In this document: in pieces, positions 39,264 to 49,182 of the stretch
Position numbering within the stretch: position 1 is the first letter of the stretch
How the letters are laid out: the number at the start of each line of letters is the position of its first letter
NCBI GenBank assembly: GCA_044344255.1
Contig: JBIJDH010000004.1
Coordinates: 224,001 to 288,000, forward strand
DNA: 64,000 bases
Origin: Myxococcota bacterium
Lineage (GTDB): Bacteria > Myxococcota_A > UBA796 > UBA2385
Direction of reading: 5' to 3'
Notes under the pieces: model-generated
Seen by the model: the letters and a program-made list of their open reading frames with translations, nothing else
Told to the model about the DNA's origin: nothing
The model's database searches: none
Made by a program: the position numbers and the translations under genes

Positions 39264-40694
39264 ATGGCCCGCCTCGACCTCCTGCTGTTCCACGCGTACC
39301 TGCTCGCCGAAGATCCCCACGAACAGGAGATCATGCGGCCCTTTCCGCCCCTCGGCCTCCAGTATCTGGTCGCCTGGCTGCGGCGGGAGGGGGCCTTCGC
39401 GGTGGACTGGTTTGACCTCACCTTCGCAGGTGGGGTGGGCGACTTCACCGCGCGCTGCGCAGATGAAGACCCCCGCGTGGTCGGCCTCTACGGCCACACC
39501 ATCACCCGCCCGCGCGCGGCCGCGATGGTGCGGCGCTGTCGGGAGGAGGGCCGCCGGGTGATCGCAGGTGGGCCCGATCCGGTCCAGTACCTCGATGAGT
39601 ACTTCGACGCGGGCGTGGAGGTGGTGATCATCGGCGAGGGGGAGCAGACCACGGAGGCCCTCCTCCACCACCTCCGCGGCAACGACTGGCGGTGGGACTG
39701 GGACCGGCTGGCGGAGATCGACGGTGTCGCGTTCCGCCGCGACGGCGTGGTCATTCGGACCCGCCCCCGTGCCCTCCTCCGCCCCATCGACCGATTCCCC
39801 TGGCCCGTTCGTGATCGGAGAGACCAGGAGGGGTATTTTTCGGCCTGGCGGGCGCGACACGGCGAGACCGCCCTGTCGATGATCACCAGCCGAGGCTGCC
39901 CCTATCACTGCACCTGGTGCAGCAAGCAAGTCTATGGGGACACCTTTCGCCGTCGTAGCCCCGGCGACGTGCTCGATGAGCTCGCCGCGCTGCGGGAGCG
40001 TTTCAATCCGGATCAGATCTGGTTCGCCGATGACCTCTTCACGCTGAACAAGGCTTGGGTGCACCGCTTCTGCGCCGAGATGGTGCGACGCGGGCTCCAG
40101 ATCCCCTTCTACGTCATCGGCCGCCCCGAGACCCTCGATCCCGAGCTCTGCGCCGCGATGCGGGCGGCGGGGCTCTTCCGGATGTACCTCTCCGCCGAGA
40201 GCGGGGCGCAGCACATCCTCGACCAGATGCGCAAGGAGGACACCGTCCAGGACATCGAGCGGGCGGCCCGCCTCCTCCGCGCGCAGGGCGTCGAGCTCGG
40301 GGTCTTCGTGATGATCGGATACCCCGGAGAGACCCGCGCCGACCTCGACCAGACCCTTCGGATGTTGCACCGCATCGCGCCGGACGTCTCGCTCGTCAGC
40401 GTCGCCCACCCGATGAAGGGCACCGCCTTCTACGACGCCGTCGCCGATAGGGTGATCGCGGGGTCAGCCGCCGAGAATGGCGGCCGGAACCGCTTCGTGA
40501 TGGACCACCCCGCTGAGTACTACGAGCTGGCCCAGCGGCTCATCCACGCCGAGACGGGGCTTGTGCGGCGGCTCCGCCAGGGGCGCCTCGACGGTGAGAC
40601 CGCGCGCCTCGCCCTCAAGGCGCCGGTGCTGAGGGCGGGGACCTGGTGGTGGAGCCGCAGCGGCCCCCCGCTCACAGGACAAACTGGAGGGTGA
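39264..40694 (+). CDS. Cobalamin-binding radical SAM protein
   Basis: PPLGLQYL and IAGGP B12-domain motifs; TSRGCPYHCTWC (CX3CX2C); FADDLF; AESG; IGYPGET. Confidence 0.92.
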   Translation: MARLDLLLFHAYLLAEDPHEQEIMRPFPPLGLQYLVAWLRREGAFAVDWFDLTFAGGVGDFTARCADEDPRVVGLYGHTITRPRAAAMVRRCREEGRRVIAGGPDPVQYLDEYFDAGVEVVIIGEGEQTTEALLHHLRGNDWRWDWDRLAEIDGVAFRRDGVVIRTRPRALLRPIDRFPWPVRDRRDQEGYFSAWRARHGETALSMITSRGCPYHCTWCSKQVYGDTFRRRSPGDVLDELAALRERFNPDQIWFADDLFTLNKAWVHRFCAEMVRRGLQIPFYVIGRPETLDPELCAAMRAAGLFRMYLSAESGAQHILDQMRKEDTVQDIERAARLLRAQGVELGVFVMIGYPGETRADLDQTLRMLHRIAPDVSLVSVAHPMKGTAFYDAVADRVIAGSAAENGGRNRFVMDHPAEYYELAQRLIHAETGLVRRLRQGRLDGETARLALKAPVLRAGTWWWSRSGPPLTGQTGG

Positions 40695-41436
40695 CCCCGG
40701 TGGCCGCGAGGCCGGCGAGGCCGTAGCTCCCATAGGTGTAGACCTTCTGCCGCGCGAAGTGGCTGTCGAGGTCAGCCTGGGTGGTGGCGGTCTCCATGAT
40801 GCCCGTCTCCCGCCAGGCCATCAGCATGCCCCCGCCGGCGAGCAGGCCCGTGCCCACCCCGGCGGCCAGCCACACCGGGAAGCCGCGCCCCGTCTTTGGG
40901 GCGTGGGTGAGGGGGCCCGTGTTGACCACGAGGCTCTCCCCGGCGCCGAGGAGGCTGAGCCGCGCGAAGCGGGAGGGGCCGCTCTTCGGGTCGAGGACCT
41001 GGACGAGGTGGAAGCCCGCGGTGGTGGTGACGGGGAAGGCGACGATCTTCCCGTCGAGGGCGGTGCGGAAGCCCTCCGTCGCCGGCTCGATCGTGATCTG
41101 GCCGATGGTCCCCGCGCTGCCGGCCACGGCGGCGTCATACTCGGCCTGGAGGGTCGCGCCGTACTTCGGATCCCAGACGTCGGCCTGGATGGAGTGCGCT
41201 GTGACGAAGGCGGCCTTGGCGTCGCCCTTCTCGCCGCCGAGGGAGAGCCACACCCCCTGGACGAGGAGGAGGTGGGCCAGGGCGGTCGGATCGGCGACCT
41301 CCCCGCAGGCGAAGGCGGCCTCGGTGCGGCTGATCAAGGCTTGGACCTCCTCTTGCCGACCGTCGAGCACGGCGGTCTCGACTTGGGTGACCAGGGCGGC
41401 GACATCTTCACAAGGGGGCAGGGCGGGCGGGGTCAT
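40672..41436 (-). CDS. Hypothetical protein with a helical N-terminus and C-terminal hydrophobic segments
   Basis: ATG 41436 overlaps the kinase stop (ATGA); two C-terminal hydrophobic stretches. Confidence 0.6.
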   Translation of the reverse strand: MTPPALPPCEDVAALVTQVETAVLDGRQEEVQALISRTEAAFACGEVADPTALAHLLLVQGVWLSLGGEKGDAKAAFVTAHSIQADVWDPKYGATLQAEYDAAVAGSAGTIGQITIEPATEGFRTALDGKIVAFPVTTTAGFHLVQVLDPKSGPSRFARLSLLGAGESLVVNTGPLTHAPKTGRGFPVWLAAGVGTGLLAGGGMLMAWRETGIMETATTQADLDSHFARQKVYTYGSYGLAGLAATGVTLQFVL

Positions 41437-43487
41437 TGGAGGGTCTCCCATTGATTGGTCTCTACGTTCCACCGAAATCGATTGGCGCGCCGCGAGCTCA
41501 CGTTCACGGTCACCGTCTTGGTCTTGTCGCCGAGGCGCAATTGGACGCTGTGTTCGCCCGCGCTGGCCTTCAGCGCCTTGGGGGTCTGTCCGACCACGGC
41601 GCCGTCGAGGAGGATGGTCGCCCCCACCTGGGAGGCCGAGATGTTGAGGTCGTAGAGGGCGACCTCAGCGGCCGGGGGCGCGGAGGGGCCGGCGGCGGCC
41701 GTCGTGACGGTGGGGGCGGCGGAGGGCGGCGGAGATTCGGAGCGGGGTTCGGAGCGGTGTTCGGAGCGGGGTTCGGCCTTGCCTTCCGGGCGCGGCTCCG
41801 GCTGGGGCTCGGATGTCGCGGCCACCCTCGCCGGGGCGGGCACCTCGACGGGCGGGCGGGAGAGGCTGTCCGCAGGAGGCCTGCTCTCGGCGAGGCTGCC
41901 GATGAGATCCTGCCGGGCACCTTCATGGGCAGGGCGGGCGGCGCGCCCCTCCTGCCTCGCGGCCGCGGCCGGGCTCGGGGGCGAGGCGGCGGAGCCCGCG
42001 TCGCGGGCGGGTTCGGCGGGCGGCGCCTCGGCGGTCTCCGCAGCGGGCGCTTCGGGCCCCTGGGCCGGCGCTGGCGCGACCACCCCCTCTCCCAGAGGGT
42101 GCGCCTGGGGGGTGTCGCGGGTGGAGAGCGCCCAGAGCGCCGCGCCGACGGCGCCGAGGAGGCCGATCGCGGTGAGGCCTGCGACCGCCGTGATCAACCC
42201 CAGGCGGGGGGTGGACCGCGCCGGACGGCGGTGATCGGGCTGAGGGATAGCGAGGGAGTCCTCCGGCGCGGTCAGCGGGGCGCCGAGGGCCTCGCCCACC
42301 CGAGCGGCGCGGAGGGGCACGGTCGAGGCGCTCGAGGGGAGCGCAGGCGAGGAGGAGGGGCCTGAGGCGGCGGCGCTCGGTGGTCGCGGCGGAGGGGACG
42401 TCGTCGATCGCGGTGGGCTTTCGGGGCCCTTCGAGCTCGACCTCGCCTCGTCGGTGGGGATTGAGACCTCCTCGTAGGGGACGCTCACGGCGTCGAGCAT
42501 GGGGTCGTTGCGGAAGCGCTCGCGTCTCCCCTCGATCAGCGGAGGGATCAGCCGGGTCGCGTAGCGGCCGAGCCCCTCACCGGGCGCGAGGTCGGCGAGA
42601 TTTTGGGCACGCTCGTGCACCGCGCCTGCGTCCGGCCGATCCTCGGGACGAAAGGCCAGCATCCCGAGGATGAGCGCGTCGAGCTCGCGCTGGGCCTCCG
42701 GGGGCCAGAGCGGGTTTTGGAGGGCCTGGGCGATCGCCTCGACGTGCTCGCGGTGACGTTCGGGCGCGAGCGGCGCGCGGGTGACGTTGGCGCCGACCAG
42801 GATCTCGGCGAGGCTGATACCGAGGGCGTAGATGTCGACCCCGTGTCCGACCTGGCCATACAGCCACTGCTCGGGCGCCATGAAGCGGGCGGTACCGAAC
42901 TGCATCGACTCTGTCTTGCCCTCCCGATCGAAGTCGGCGCGCGCGACCCCGAAGTCCAGCACCTTGACCCCTCCGTGACGGGAGATGAGCAGGTTCGCCG
43001 GCTTGATGTCGCGGTGGACCACCCGGAGGGGTTGGTCTGCCCGCGGCCCGGCGGTGGTCCAAGCGGCGTGCAGCGCGCTGGCGGCGGCGGCCACGATCTG
43101 AAAGGCGGCCCGCGGAGGGATTGGCCCGTGGCGGAGCAGCTCCGCGGCGTCTACCCCCTCCACGTACTCCATCATCACCGCGGGCCGACCGTGGATGGTG
43201 GTGAGGTCAAAGACCTTGACGATATTGTCGTGGTTCAGTCGGGCGAGCAGGCGGGCTTCGTCGCGTTGGCGCGCGGCGAAGTCGGCGGTGTCGTTCATCT
43301 CGGCGCTCAGCACCTTGATGGCGAGGCGCTGGACGAAGCGGTCTGGGTTGTGGACCTCGGCGAGGTAGACGGCGCCGAAGCCTCCGCGACCGAGGGTCTC
43401 GAGGAAGCGAAGCCGCCGCTGCCGGCCACCGCTGTCCGCCCGCTCCCCGCGGGCAGTGAGGAGGATGTCCGGTGGGTTGACGCTCAC
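41433..43487 (-). CDS. Membrane Ser/Thr kinase with a C-terminal PEGA-like domain
   Basis: LGRGGFGAVY, AIK, HRDIKPAN, DFG, MAPE; one TM helix; GATILLDGAVVGQTP. GTG 43487 is preceded by AAGGAG. Confidence 0.9.
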   Translation of the reverse strand: MSVNPPDILLTARGERADSGGRQRRLRFLETLGRGGFGAVYLAEVHNPDRFVQRLAIKVLSAEMNDTADFAARQRDEARLLARLNHDNIVKVFDLTTIHGRPAVMMEYVEGVDAAELLRHGPIPPRAAFQIVAAAASALHAAWTTAGPRADQPLRVVHRDIKPANLLISRHGGVKVLDFGVARADFDREGKTESMQFGTARFMAPEQWLYGQVGHGVDIYALGISLAEILVGANVTRAPLAPERHREHVEAIAQALQNPLWPPEAQRELDALILGMLAFRPEDRPDAGAVHERAQNLADLAPGEGLGRYATRLIPPLIEGRRERFRNDPMLDAVSVPYEEVSIPTDEARSSSKGPESPPRSTTSPPPRPPSAAASGPSSSPALPSSASTVPLRAARVGEALGAPLTAPEDSLAIPQPDHRRPARSTPRLGLITAVAGLTAIGLLGAVGAALWALSTRDTPQAHPLGEGVVAPAPAQGPEAPAAETAEAPPAEPARDAGSAASPPSPAAAARQEGRAARPAHEGARQDLIGSLAESRPPADSLSRPPVEVPAPARVAATSEPQPEPRPEGKAEPRSEHRSEPRSESPPPSAAPTVTTAAAGPSAPPAAEVALYDLNISASQVGATILLDGAVVGQTPKALKASAGEHSVQLRLGDKTKTVTVNVSSRRANRFRWNVETNQWETLQ

Positions 43488-43578
43488 GGGCCCTCTCCTT
43501 GGATTGTGCGCAGGGCGTGACACCCAGAAGGTATCACAGAGCGTCGGCATTGTGAGCAGACGGTCTCACGGTGCGGGA

Positions 43579-45435
43579 TCATGGTGATCCCCCCGATTGT
43601 ACGGCTCTCCAGGTCGGCTCGATGAGCGTCTCCAGCGCGGGGTGGGGTCGCTCGGCGGCCGCGGCGGCGACCGCGGCTCTCCAGGCGTCGCCGTCTGCGC
43701 GACCGCGAGGGCCGGGAGTGTCGGTGTCCAGCCACCAGGCGAGGGCGCAGCCGAGATCACGCGGCGCACCGAAGTGGCGGCCGAGGCCGCTGCGGTAACG
43801 ATTGACCCCGCCAGACGAGAGAGGCCCACCGGGTAGGGCGTCTATCGCGATGACAGACACCCCCTGCTGGCGGAGGCTGCGTACGGCGTCCGCGCCGGGG
43901 TCTTCCGGCCACTCGCCAGCCTCGAAGGCCTTGATGTAGCGGAGGATCGGCTCCGACTCGACCCAGGCGCTCCAGGACTCCGGCGGCCGCGCTCCGGGGG
44001 GGAGGAGGACGGGGTTCACCAGGGGACGCCCGTGGAATCGCTGGTGCAGCCCCACCTGCGAGGCCCGCAGCCACCCCCGCCGGAGCGGCAGCTCGAGCAC
44101 CGCGCCGCTGGCCCCGCGCAGCTCCGTCCAGCACGCCTCGTCCCCGACGCGAGTGGTCTGCAGGGGCAGGTTCTCGCTCGTGTACAGGCTGCTCAACAGG
44201 ACCGCCCCGGCCCAGAGCGGCGGCCGTGGCGCTCGCGCGGCGACGAGGACGAGGCCGAGGCTGATGAGGAAGCCCCAACGCTCCGCCCAGTCGAGGCGCG
44301 CAAAATACGGGTGCAAGGATCGAAAATAGTGGAAGGGCAGGGCGATCGGCGAACCATTGACGGTCACGACCTCGTCTCCCCACCGAAGGTAGGGCCCAAG
44401 CACCATCACGCCGCCGAGGCCCATCAACCAGAGGCCCAGCAGCCCCTCCCGCTTCTTCGACCGGGACAGCCCCGCCGCCGCGGCGAGCAGCAGCGCGGGG
44501 CTCAGCCAATTCGAGAGGTCGATGGGGGTGCGGTCGGCCCAGAAGGTCGGCGTGTTGCCGTGTTGCGCGATGAAGATCTCGTCTGTTGGCAGCACGTCGT
44601 AGGTGTCCGGCGCGTTGGCGGGCGGGATCGGCGGACCGGCGCGGGTGAGCGACCGCTCGTCCCAGCCGATGAGCTGCGGCAAGAGGAAGGGGCCGCAGAG
44701 CAGCAGGCCGGTGAGGGCCATCCAGCCGAGGGCGCGGAGCGGCGTCCGGAGCAGGAGGGGCAGGGTGCCGAGGAACACGAAGAGCCCGGCGTACCAGTAG
44801 GCGAGGGAGAGGAGCGAGAGCCAGGCCCCAGCGGTCATCGCTCCCCGCCGGCTGGGCTTCGCCTGGAGCTCGAGCAACGCGAGCAGGTAGAGGGGCGCCG
44901 CGAAGAGCATGGCTTGGGGCGCGTGGTGGAGGTTCGCCTCTCGGGCCACCGGCTCGGCGAGCTGAAAGGCCACGCCGGCCAGCCAGCCGGCCCCCTCCGA
45001 GCCCCCCACCTTTCGACCGAGGGCGTGAGCGGCGAGCCCATTCAACGTCAATACGCACAGCCACCACAGGTTGTCGCCCCATGGGAAGCCAAAGATCCAA
45101 ACAAATGGCGCCGCGCTCAGGTGATCGAGCAGGTTCGGTGTCAGCTCGAGGACGGGAAAGCCGATCGGGAAGTACACACCGAACGACTGGGGGAATGAGG
45201 AGGGGTGCAGCAGGAGATCGGCGACCAGTCCCCGCAACATCACCGTATCCACGGCGTCGATCGTGGAGTATCCGATGATGGCGTCGCCGGGGGTCCGCGC
45301 CAGCGGCCAGCTCATCAGGACCGAGATGAGCAAGAAGCCGAGCGGTCGGAGCGCCCAGGTGGGGAGGGAGCGCCCGCCGAGGGTGAGGATCTGCGAGGGG
45401 GCGCCTGCGGGGTCTTGGTCTGTGTTCACCGCCAC
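43579..45435 (-). CDS. Polytopic membrane protein, probable GT-C-type glycosyltransferase/envelope modification enzyme
   Basis: Many TM helices followed by a soluble domain (GAVLELP...QRFHGRPLVN). Confidence 0.6.
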   Translation of the reverse strand: MAVNTDQDPAGAPSQILTLGGRSLPTWALRPLGFLLISVLMSWPLARTPGDAIIGYSTIDAVDTVMLRGLVADLLLHPSSFPQSFGVYFPIGFPVLELTPNLLDHLSAAPFVWIFGFPWGDNLWWLCVLTLNGLAAHALGRKVGGSEGAGWLAGVAFQLAEPVAREANLHHAPQAMLFAAPLYLLALLELQAKPSRRGAMTAGAWLSLLSLAYWYAGLFVFLGTLPLLLRTPLRALGWMALTGLLLCGPFLLPQLIGWDERSLTRAGPPIPPANAPDTYDVLPTDEIFIAQHGNTPTFWADRTPIDLSNWLSPALLLAAAAGLSRSKKREGLLGLWLMGLGGVMVLGPYLRWGDEVVTVNGSPIALPFHYFRSLHPYFARLDWAERWGFLISLGLVLVAARAPRPPLWAGAVLLSSLYTSENLPLQTTRVGDEACWTELRGASGAVLELPLRRGWLRASQVGLHQRFHGRPLVNPVLLPPGARPPESWSAWVESEPILRYIKAFEAGEWPEDPGADAVRSLRQQGVSVIAIDALPGGPLSSGGVNRYRSGLGRHFGAPRDLGCALAWWLDTDTPGPRGRADGDAWRAAVAAAAAERPHPALETLIEPTWRAVQSGGSP

Positions 45436-45438
45436 AGC

Positions 45439-46245
45439 CTACTCCAGGTGCCGGTAGGGGGCCCAGGCGGCCGTGGCGGGGAGATGGTGGGTGTCGAGGG
45501 GCGGGAATCGAGGGTCTCCGAGGAAGGGCGCCAGGCGGTCGAGCGCCGCGGGAGAACCGGGCGGGCATCGGCGAACCGTGGACTCATCGACCCCGAGCTG
45601 GCGGCCGATCTCGCCCTGGCTGAGCCGCGTCCAACGGCGGGCCGCCGCCATCACCAGGCGGCGGAATGCGCCGCGGCCGTGCAGCGCGCGGAGGGGCGTG
45701 CGCGTCCAGGCTGAGGTGACCGCGACGATCTCCGGCAGCGCCACGGCGCGCGGGGCTTCGCTCGGCGTGTAGACAGCCCCGAGCGGCGGCAGGCGGGAGA
45801 GCTCGGCCCGCTGGGACTCGTACCAGCGGTGGGCGTCCTGTCGGGGCGGGCGGGCGCCGTGGTCACAGAGGCCGAGCCCGTCGCGGAGGGTGCTGAAGGG
45901 CCAGGCGAGGGGGTGTGGGCTGAGGCCGAGGCGCCAGGGCTCGAGCTCGGCCTGGGTGGGCTGCCCGGGGCAAGCGAGCCCGGTGAGCCCGGGGGTGTCG
46001 AGCGAGGCCCAGACTGCGCCGGCCGTGCGGCGGTGGTGGTTCCGCCACCGCGCATAGGCGCGCATGCCCGTGCGCAGTGCCGTCACCTGGGGCAGGGGGT
46101 GACTGAGGTGGAGGTGATCGGGGAGGAGGACGAGGCTCGTCAGGCCAGGGACGGCCACCAACACGCGGTCCCAGAGGGCGCGGGCCTCTTCCCAACTGTT
46201 GAAGAGCAGGGTGCCGGGGAGGGCGTGGGCGGTGTAGTGGAGCAT
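45439..46245 (-). CDS. Degenerate HUH/Y1 (RAYT/IS200-like) transposase homologue with a C-terminal HTH
   Basis: LVLLPDHLHL HUH motif; LAWPFST resembles the RAYT W.WSS motif; LSQGEIGRQLGVDESTVRR HTH. Confidence 0.6.
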   Translation of the reverse strand: MLHYTAHALPGTLLFNSWEEARALWDRVLVAVPGLTSLVLLPDHLHLSHPLPQVTALRTGMRAYARWRNHHRRTAGAVWASLDTPGLTGLACPGQPTQAELEPWRLGLSPHPLAWPFSTLRDGLGLCDHGARPPRQDAHRWYESQRAELSRLPPLGAVYTPSEAPRAVALPEIVAVTSAWTRTPLRALHGRGAFRRLVMAAARRWTRLSQGEIGRQLGVDESTVRRCPPGSPAALDRLAPFLGDPRFPPLDTHHLPATAAWAPYRHLE

Positions 46246-46413
46246 GTCTGGCTCCGTAGCAAGAGGCGTGCCTCTGTAAGAGGCTGGAATTACAGAGGGG
46301 TACCGCGGTCCAGGTGACGAGCGTCGACCGACATTCGTCAGACCACGGTCACCCTGTGCCAGCGAGGTCGCTGTCAAGGGCCGACCTGGGTTGTGGGAAG
46401 CGAGGAGGTTGGG

Positions 46414-47244
46414 ATGCCGGAGCTCCCCGAGGTCGAGATCGCCGCGCGACAGCTCCGCGGCTGGCTCGGTGGGCGCTTGCTCGTCGACGTCGAGCTGCTC
46501 GATCCGGGCCTCCTGAGCGGCGCCTGGGCGGCGCGCGGCCCTGCGGCCCTGCAGCCCCTGGTCGGCGCCCGGGTGGACGCGGTGGGGCGCCGCGGGAAGA
46601 ACCTGCTGATCCGGGTCGGCGGGCTGTGCCTGCACCTGCACCTCCGGATGACCGGGCAGCTCGTCCGGGGCTTCGACCTGCCGCGCTTCGCTCGTCTCCG
46701 GCTGTCACCCGAGGGGGCGCCCCCGGTGACCTTCGTCGATCCCCGCCGCTTTGGGACCTTGCAGCCCTTGGACACCGACGCCGAGCGCGCCCTCGAGGCC
46801 TCGCTCGGCCCCGAGCCTTGGCCCGACCGACGCTCCGGGGCTTGGTGGGCGGCCCGGTTCGCTGGCGCGCGGGCGCCGATCAAGGTCGCCCTCTTGGATC
46901 AGTCGAGGGTGGCGGGGCTTGGCAACATCCTCGCGACGGAGGCCCTCTTTAGCGCGAGCCTCGCCCCCGATCGGTCGGTCGCCTCGCTCCGCCCAGAGGA
47001 GTGGGCTCGGCTCGCCGACGCCGTGCCTGCCTGTGTCGATCACGTGCTCGCCGTGGAGAGCGCCGAGGCGCTCACGTACGTGAACCTGGGAGGAGTCAAC
47101 CCCTTCGCGGTGTACGGCCGCGCCGGTGAGCCCTGTCCCCGCTGCGGCGCGCCCATCGAGCGCTTCGTCCAGGCGGGGCGAGGGACCTGGTGGTGCCCAC
47201 CCTGTGCGCAGGCGGCGGAGATCGAAGGGGCAGGGCGGCGTTAA
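46414..47244 (+). CDS. mutM: Formamidopyrimidine-DNA glycosylase (Fpg/Nei)
   Basis: MPELPEVE, RRGK, HLRMTG, DPRRFG, GLGNI, CPRC...CPPC zinc finger. Confidence 0.95.
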   Translation: MPELPEVEIAARQLRGWLGGRLLVDVELLDPGLLSGAWAARGPAALQPLVGARVDAVGRRGKNLLIRVGGLCLHLHLRMTGQLVRGFDLPRFARLRLSPEGAPPVTFVDPRRFGTLQPLDTDAERALEASLGPEPWPDRRSGAWWAARFAGARAPIKVALLDQSRVAGLGNILATEALFSASLAPDRSVASLRPEEWARLADAVPACVDHVLAVESAEALTYVNLGGVNPFAVYGRAGEPCPRCGAPIERFVQAGRGTWWCPPCAQAAEIEGAGRR

Positions 47245-47273
47245 GAGCCGGGGCAATTGCCTCGAGGGCCCCC

Positions 47274-47969
47274 ATGACTCGCCTCCCCGACCCTCCGGTT
47301 GTCCCCGATGCCGGCGGCGCCGAGCCCCATCCGTCCTCCGACCCCTGGCGGGTGCCGCCGGGGGACACGCTCCGCTCCTTCCTGGCCGACGCCCCCTCCG
47401 GCGCGCGGCTGCGCTTGCTCCCGGGCCTGCACTGGGGGCCCTTCACGTTCACCCGATCCGTGTGGCTCGAGGGGGAGGCCGGTGTGATCCTCGACGCCCG
47501 GGGGCGCGGACCTTGCGTCCACGTAGAGGCGGACGACCTCTCCATCCGCCTCCGCGGGCTTCAGCTCAGCGGCGGCGCCGGCCCCCGAGGGGGTGGCGTC
47601 TGCCTCGAAGGCTGGTCGTCCGTCGAGCTCCACGCGGTGCGCCTCGAGGGCAGCGTGGCCCGCGAGGGGAGGGGGGCCGGCCTCGCGCAGTCCCGGGGGG
47701 GCCTCTTCGCTGCCGGGCTGCGCGCGGGGGTCGGTCAAGACCTCCTCTTCTCCGGCGTGGCGGAGGCCCGCCTCGAGGGCGCTGAGCTGGACGCGGCCAT
47801 CGGCCTGTTCGATGGCGCAGATCTCTCCCTGTCGGGGGGCCAGTTCCCCGGTGGTGTCGACCTACGCGGCACCACCAGCCGCGCACCCCTGCTTCGGCTC
47901 CGGGCGGGCGCCTCGCCGAGCCTCCGCCAGCACCCTCGGCTCCCGGGCCGAGTGGAGCGCGAAAGCTAG
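47274..47969 (+). CDS. Hypothetical protein, probable pectin-lyase-like beta-helix
   Basis: APSGARLRLLPGLH...LEGE...ILDARGRG...LRGLQLSGG...GGGV pattern. Confidence 0.55.
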   Translation: MTRLPDPPVVPDAGGAEPHPSSDPWRVPPGDTLRSFLADAPSGARLRLLPGLHWGPFTFTRSVWLEGEAGVILDARGRGPCVHVEADDLSIRLRGLQLSGGAGPRGGGVCLEGWSSVELHAVRLEGSVAREGRGAGLAQSRGGLFAAGLRAGVGQDLLFSGVAEARLEGAELDAAIGLFDGADLSLSGGQFPGGVDLRGTTSRAPLLRLRAGASPSLRQHPRLPGRVERES

Positions 47970-48110
47970 GGCTCAAAATATCCCTGAATCTTTCGTCGCC
48001 TCGCCTTGAATCTATGGACCCGGATGGGTACGTTCCACGAATCAGGCGTGCGTCGTGCCTGCGTTGCTTGGCTCGCGAGTAGCCCACCGGGGTGATGAGA
48101 TGGGGCAAGA

Positions 48111-49163
48111 GTGAAGAAGAGCGGGTCGGAGGTCGAGAGCTCCGCCCACCCCCGCTCAAACTCTTGTCAGGTCAAGTCAGCTGGTGAGGTGAGTTCAAGG
48201 CCCTCCGCCCGGAGAGAGGCGGGGAGGGCGTCCGCGTTGTCGGCCCTGGCGCCCGCGCTCCCGCTCGACGAGGCCCAACGCGAGGTCCGGATCCGTCGCT
48301 GGCTCCGCCCCCGCCTCAGCGTGCTCGCCCTGCTCGTGATGAGCGTGCTCTCGGTGGGCTTCTCTTGGGGGGTCGGCGAGGAGGTCGCCCGGGGTGAGCC
48401 TCAGGGCCGCTGGTTGGAGCGTGTGGACCAGCACCTTCGAGTGGTCGCCCAAGCCGAGCTCCTCGACGCCGCCGGCCTCGCCGGGACGGATCTCGAGCGG
48501 GCCGCCCTCATCCGCGACCTCGGGCGAGCGCGGACGGCGATGGCGGGGGATCCGACTGAGGCGCGGCGCCTGCTCGAGGCCCTCTACCTGGACAGCCCGG
48601 GCACCGACGTCGAGGCGCGGGCCATCGAGCTGATGATCGAGCTCGCCGCTCCCGGCTGGCCCGAAGGCTACCGCGGTGAATTTCTGGCAGGCCTGGCCCC
48701 CGCCGCCATCGAGTCGGGTCGGGCCCGGAAGATCCCGCCCAGCGTCACGCTCGCCCAGGCGATCATTGAGAGCGGATGGGGGCGCAGCCAGCTCACCCGC
48801 AAGCACCACAACCTCTTCGGCGTGAAGGGTGGGAGCGGAGCCTCCAAGGTGATGGTGCGGGCGCGGGTGTCGGGGAGCGGCCGGAGCGCCCGTTACGCGC
48901 GGTTGGGGTACCGCAGCTACCCGAGCTTCGCGGCGAGCATCGCCCACCATGGGGAGCTGCTCTCCCAGTCTTCCGCCTACGCGAAGGCCCGTCCCCTCTG
49001 GCGGGACTGGCGCGCCTACCTCAAGTGCATCGGCCCGATCTATGCGCGGGATCCTCGTTACGTCCGCGCGGTCTCCGACATGATCACCCGCTACGACCTC
49101 GATCAGTGGGACCGCCTCGTGGTCCTGGCCGTCGAGCGGGATGCCATAAAGGACGAGTCCTGA
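48111..49163 (+). CDS. Membrane-anchored GH73 (FlgJ-like) glucosaminidase/muramidase
   Basis: SVTLAQAIIESGWG, HNLFGVK, YARDPRY; N-terminal TM. Start uncertain. Confidence 0.85.
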   Translation: MKKSGSEVESSAHPRSNSCQVKSAGEVSSRPSARREAGRASALSALAPALPLDEAQREVRIRRWLRPRLSVLALLVMSVLSVGFSWGVGEEVARGEPQGRWLERVDQHLRVVAQAELLDAAGLAGTDLERAALIRDLGRARTAMAGDPTEARRLLEALYLDSPGTDVEARAIELMIELAAPGWPEGYRGEFLAGLAPAAIESGRARKIPPSVTLAQAIIESGWGRSQLTRKHHNLFGVKGGSGASKVMVRARVSGSGRSARYARLGYRSYPSFAASIAHHGELLSQSSAYAKARPLWRDWRAYLKCIGPIYARDPRYVRAVSDMITRYDLDQWDRLVVLAVERDAIKDES

Positions 49164-49182
49164 GCGCGCGAGGGGGCCGCCC

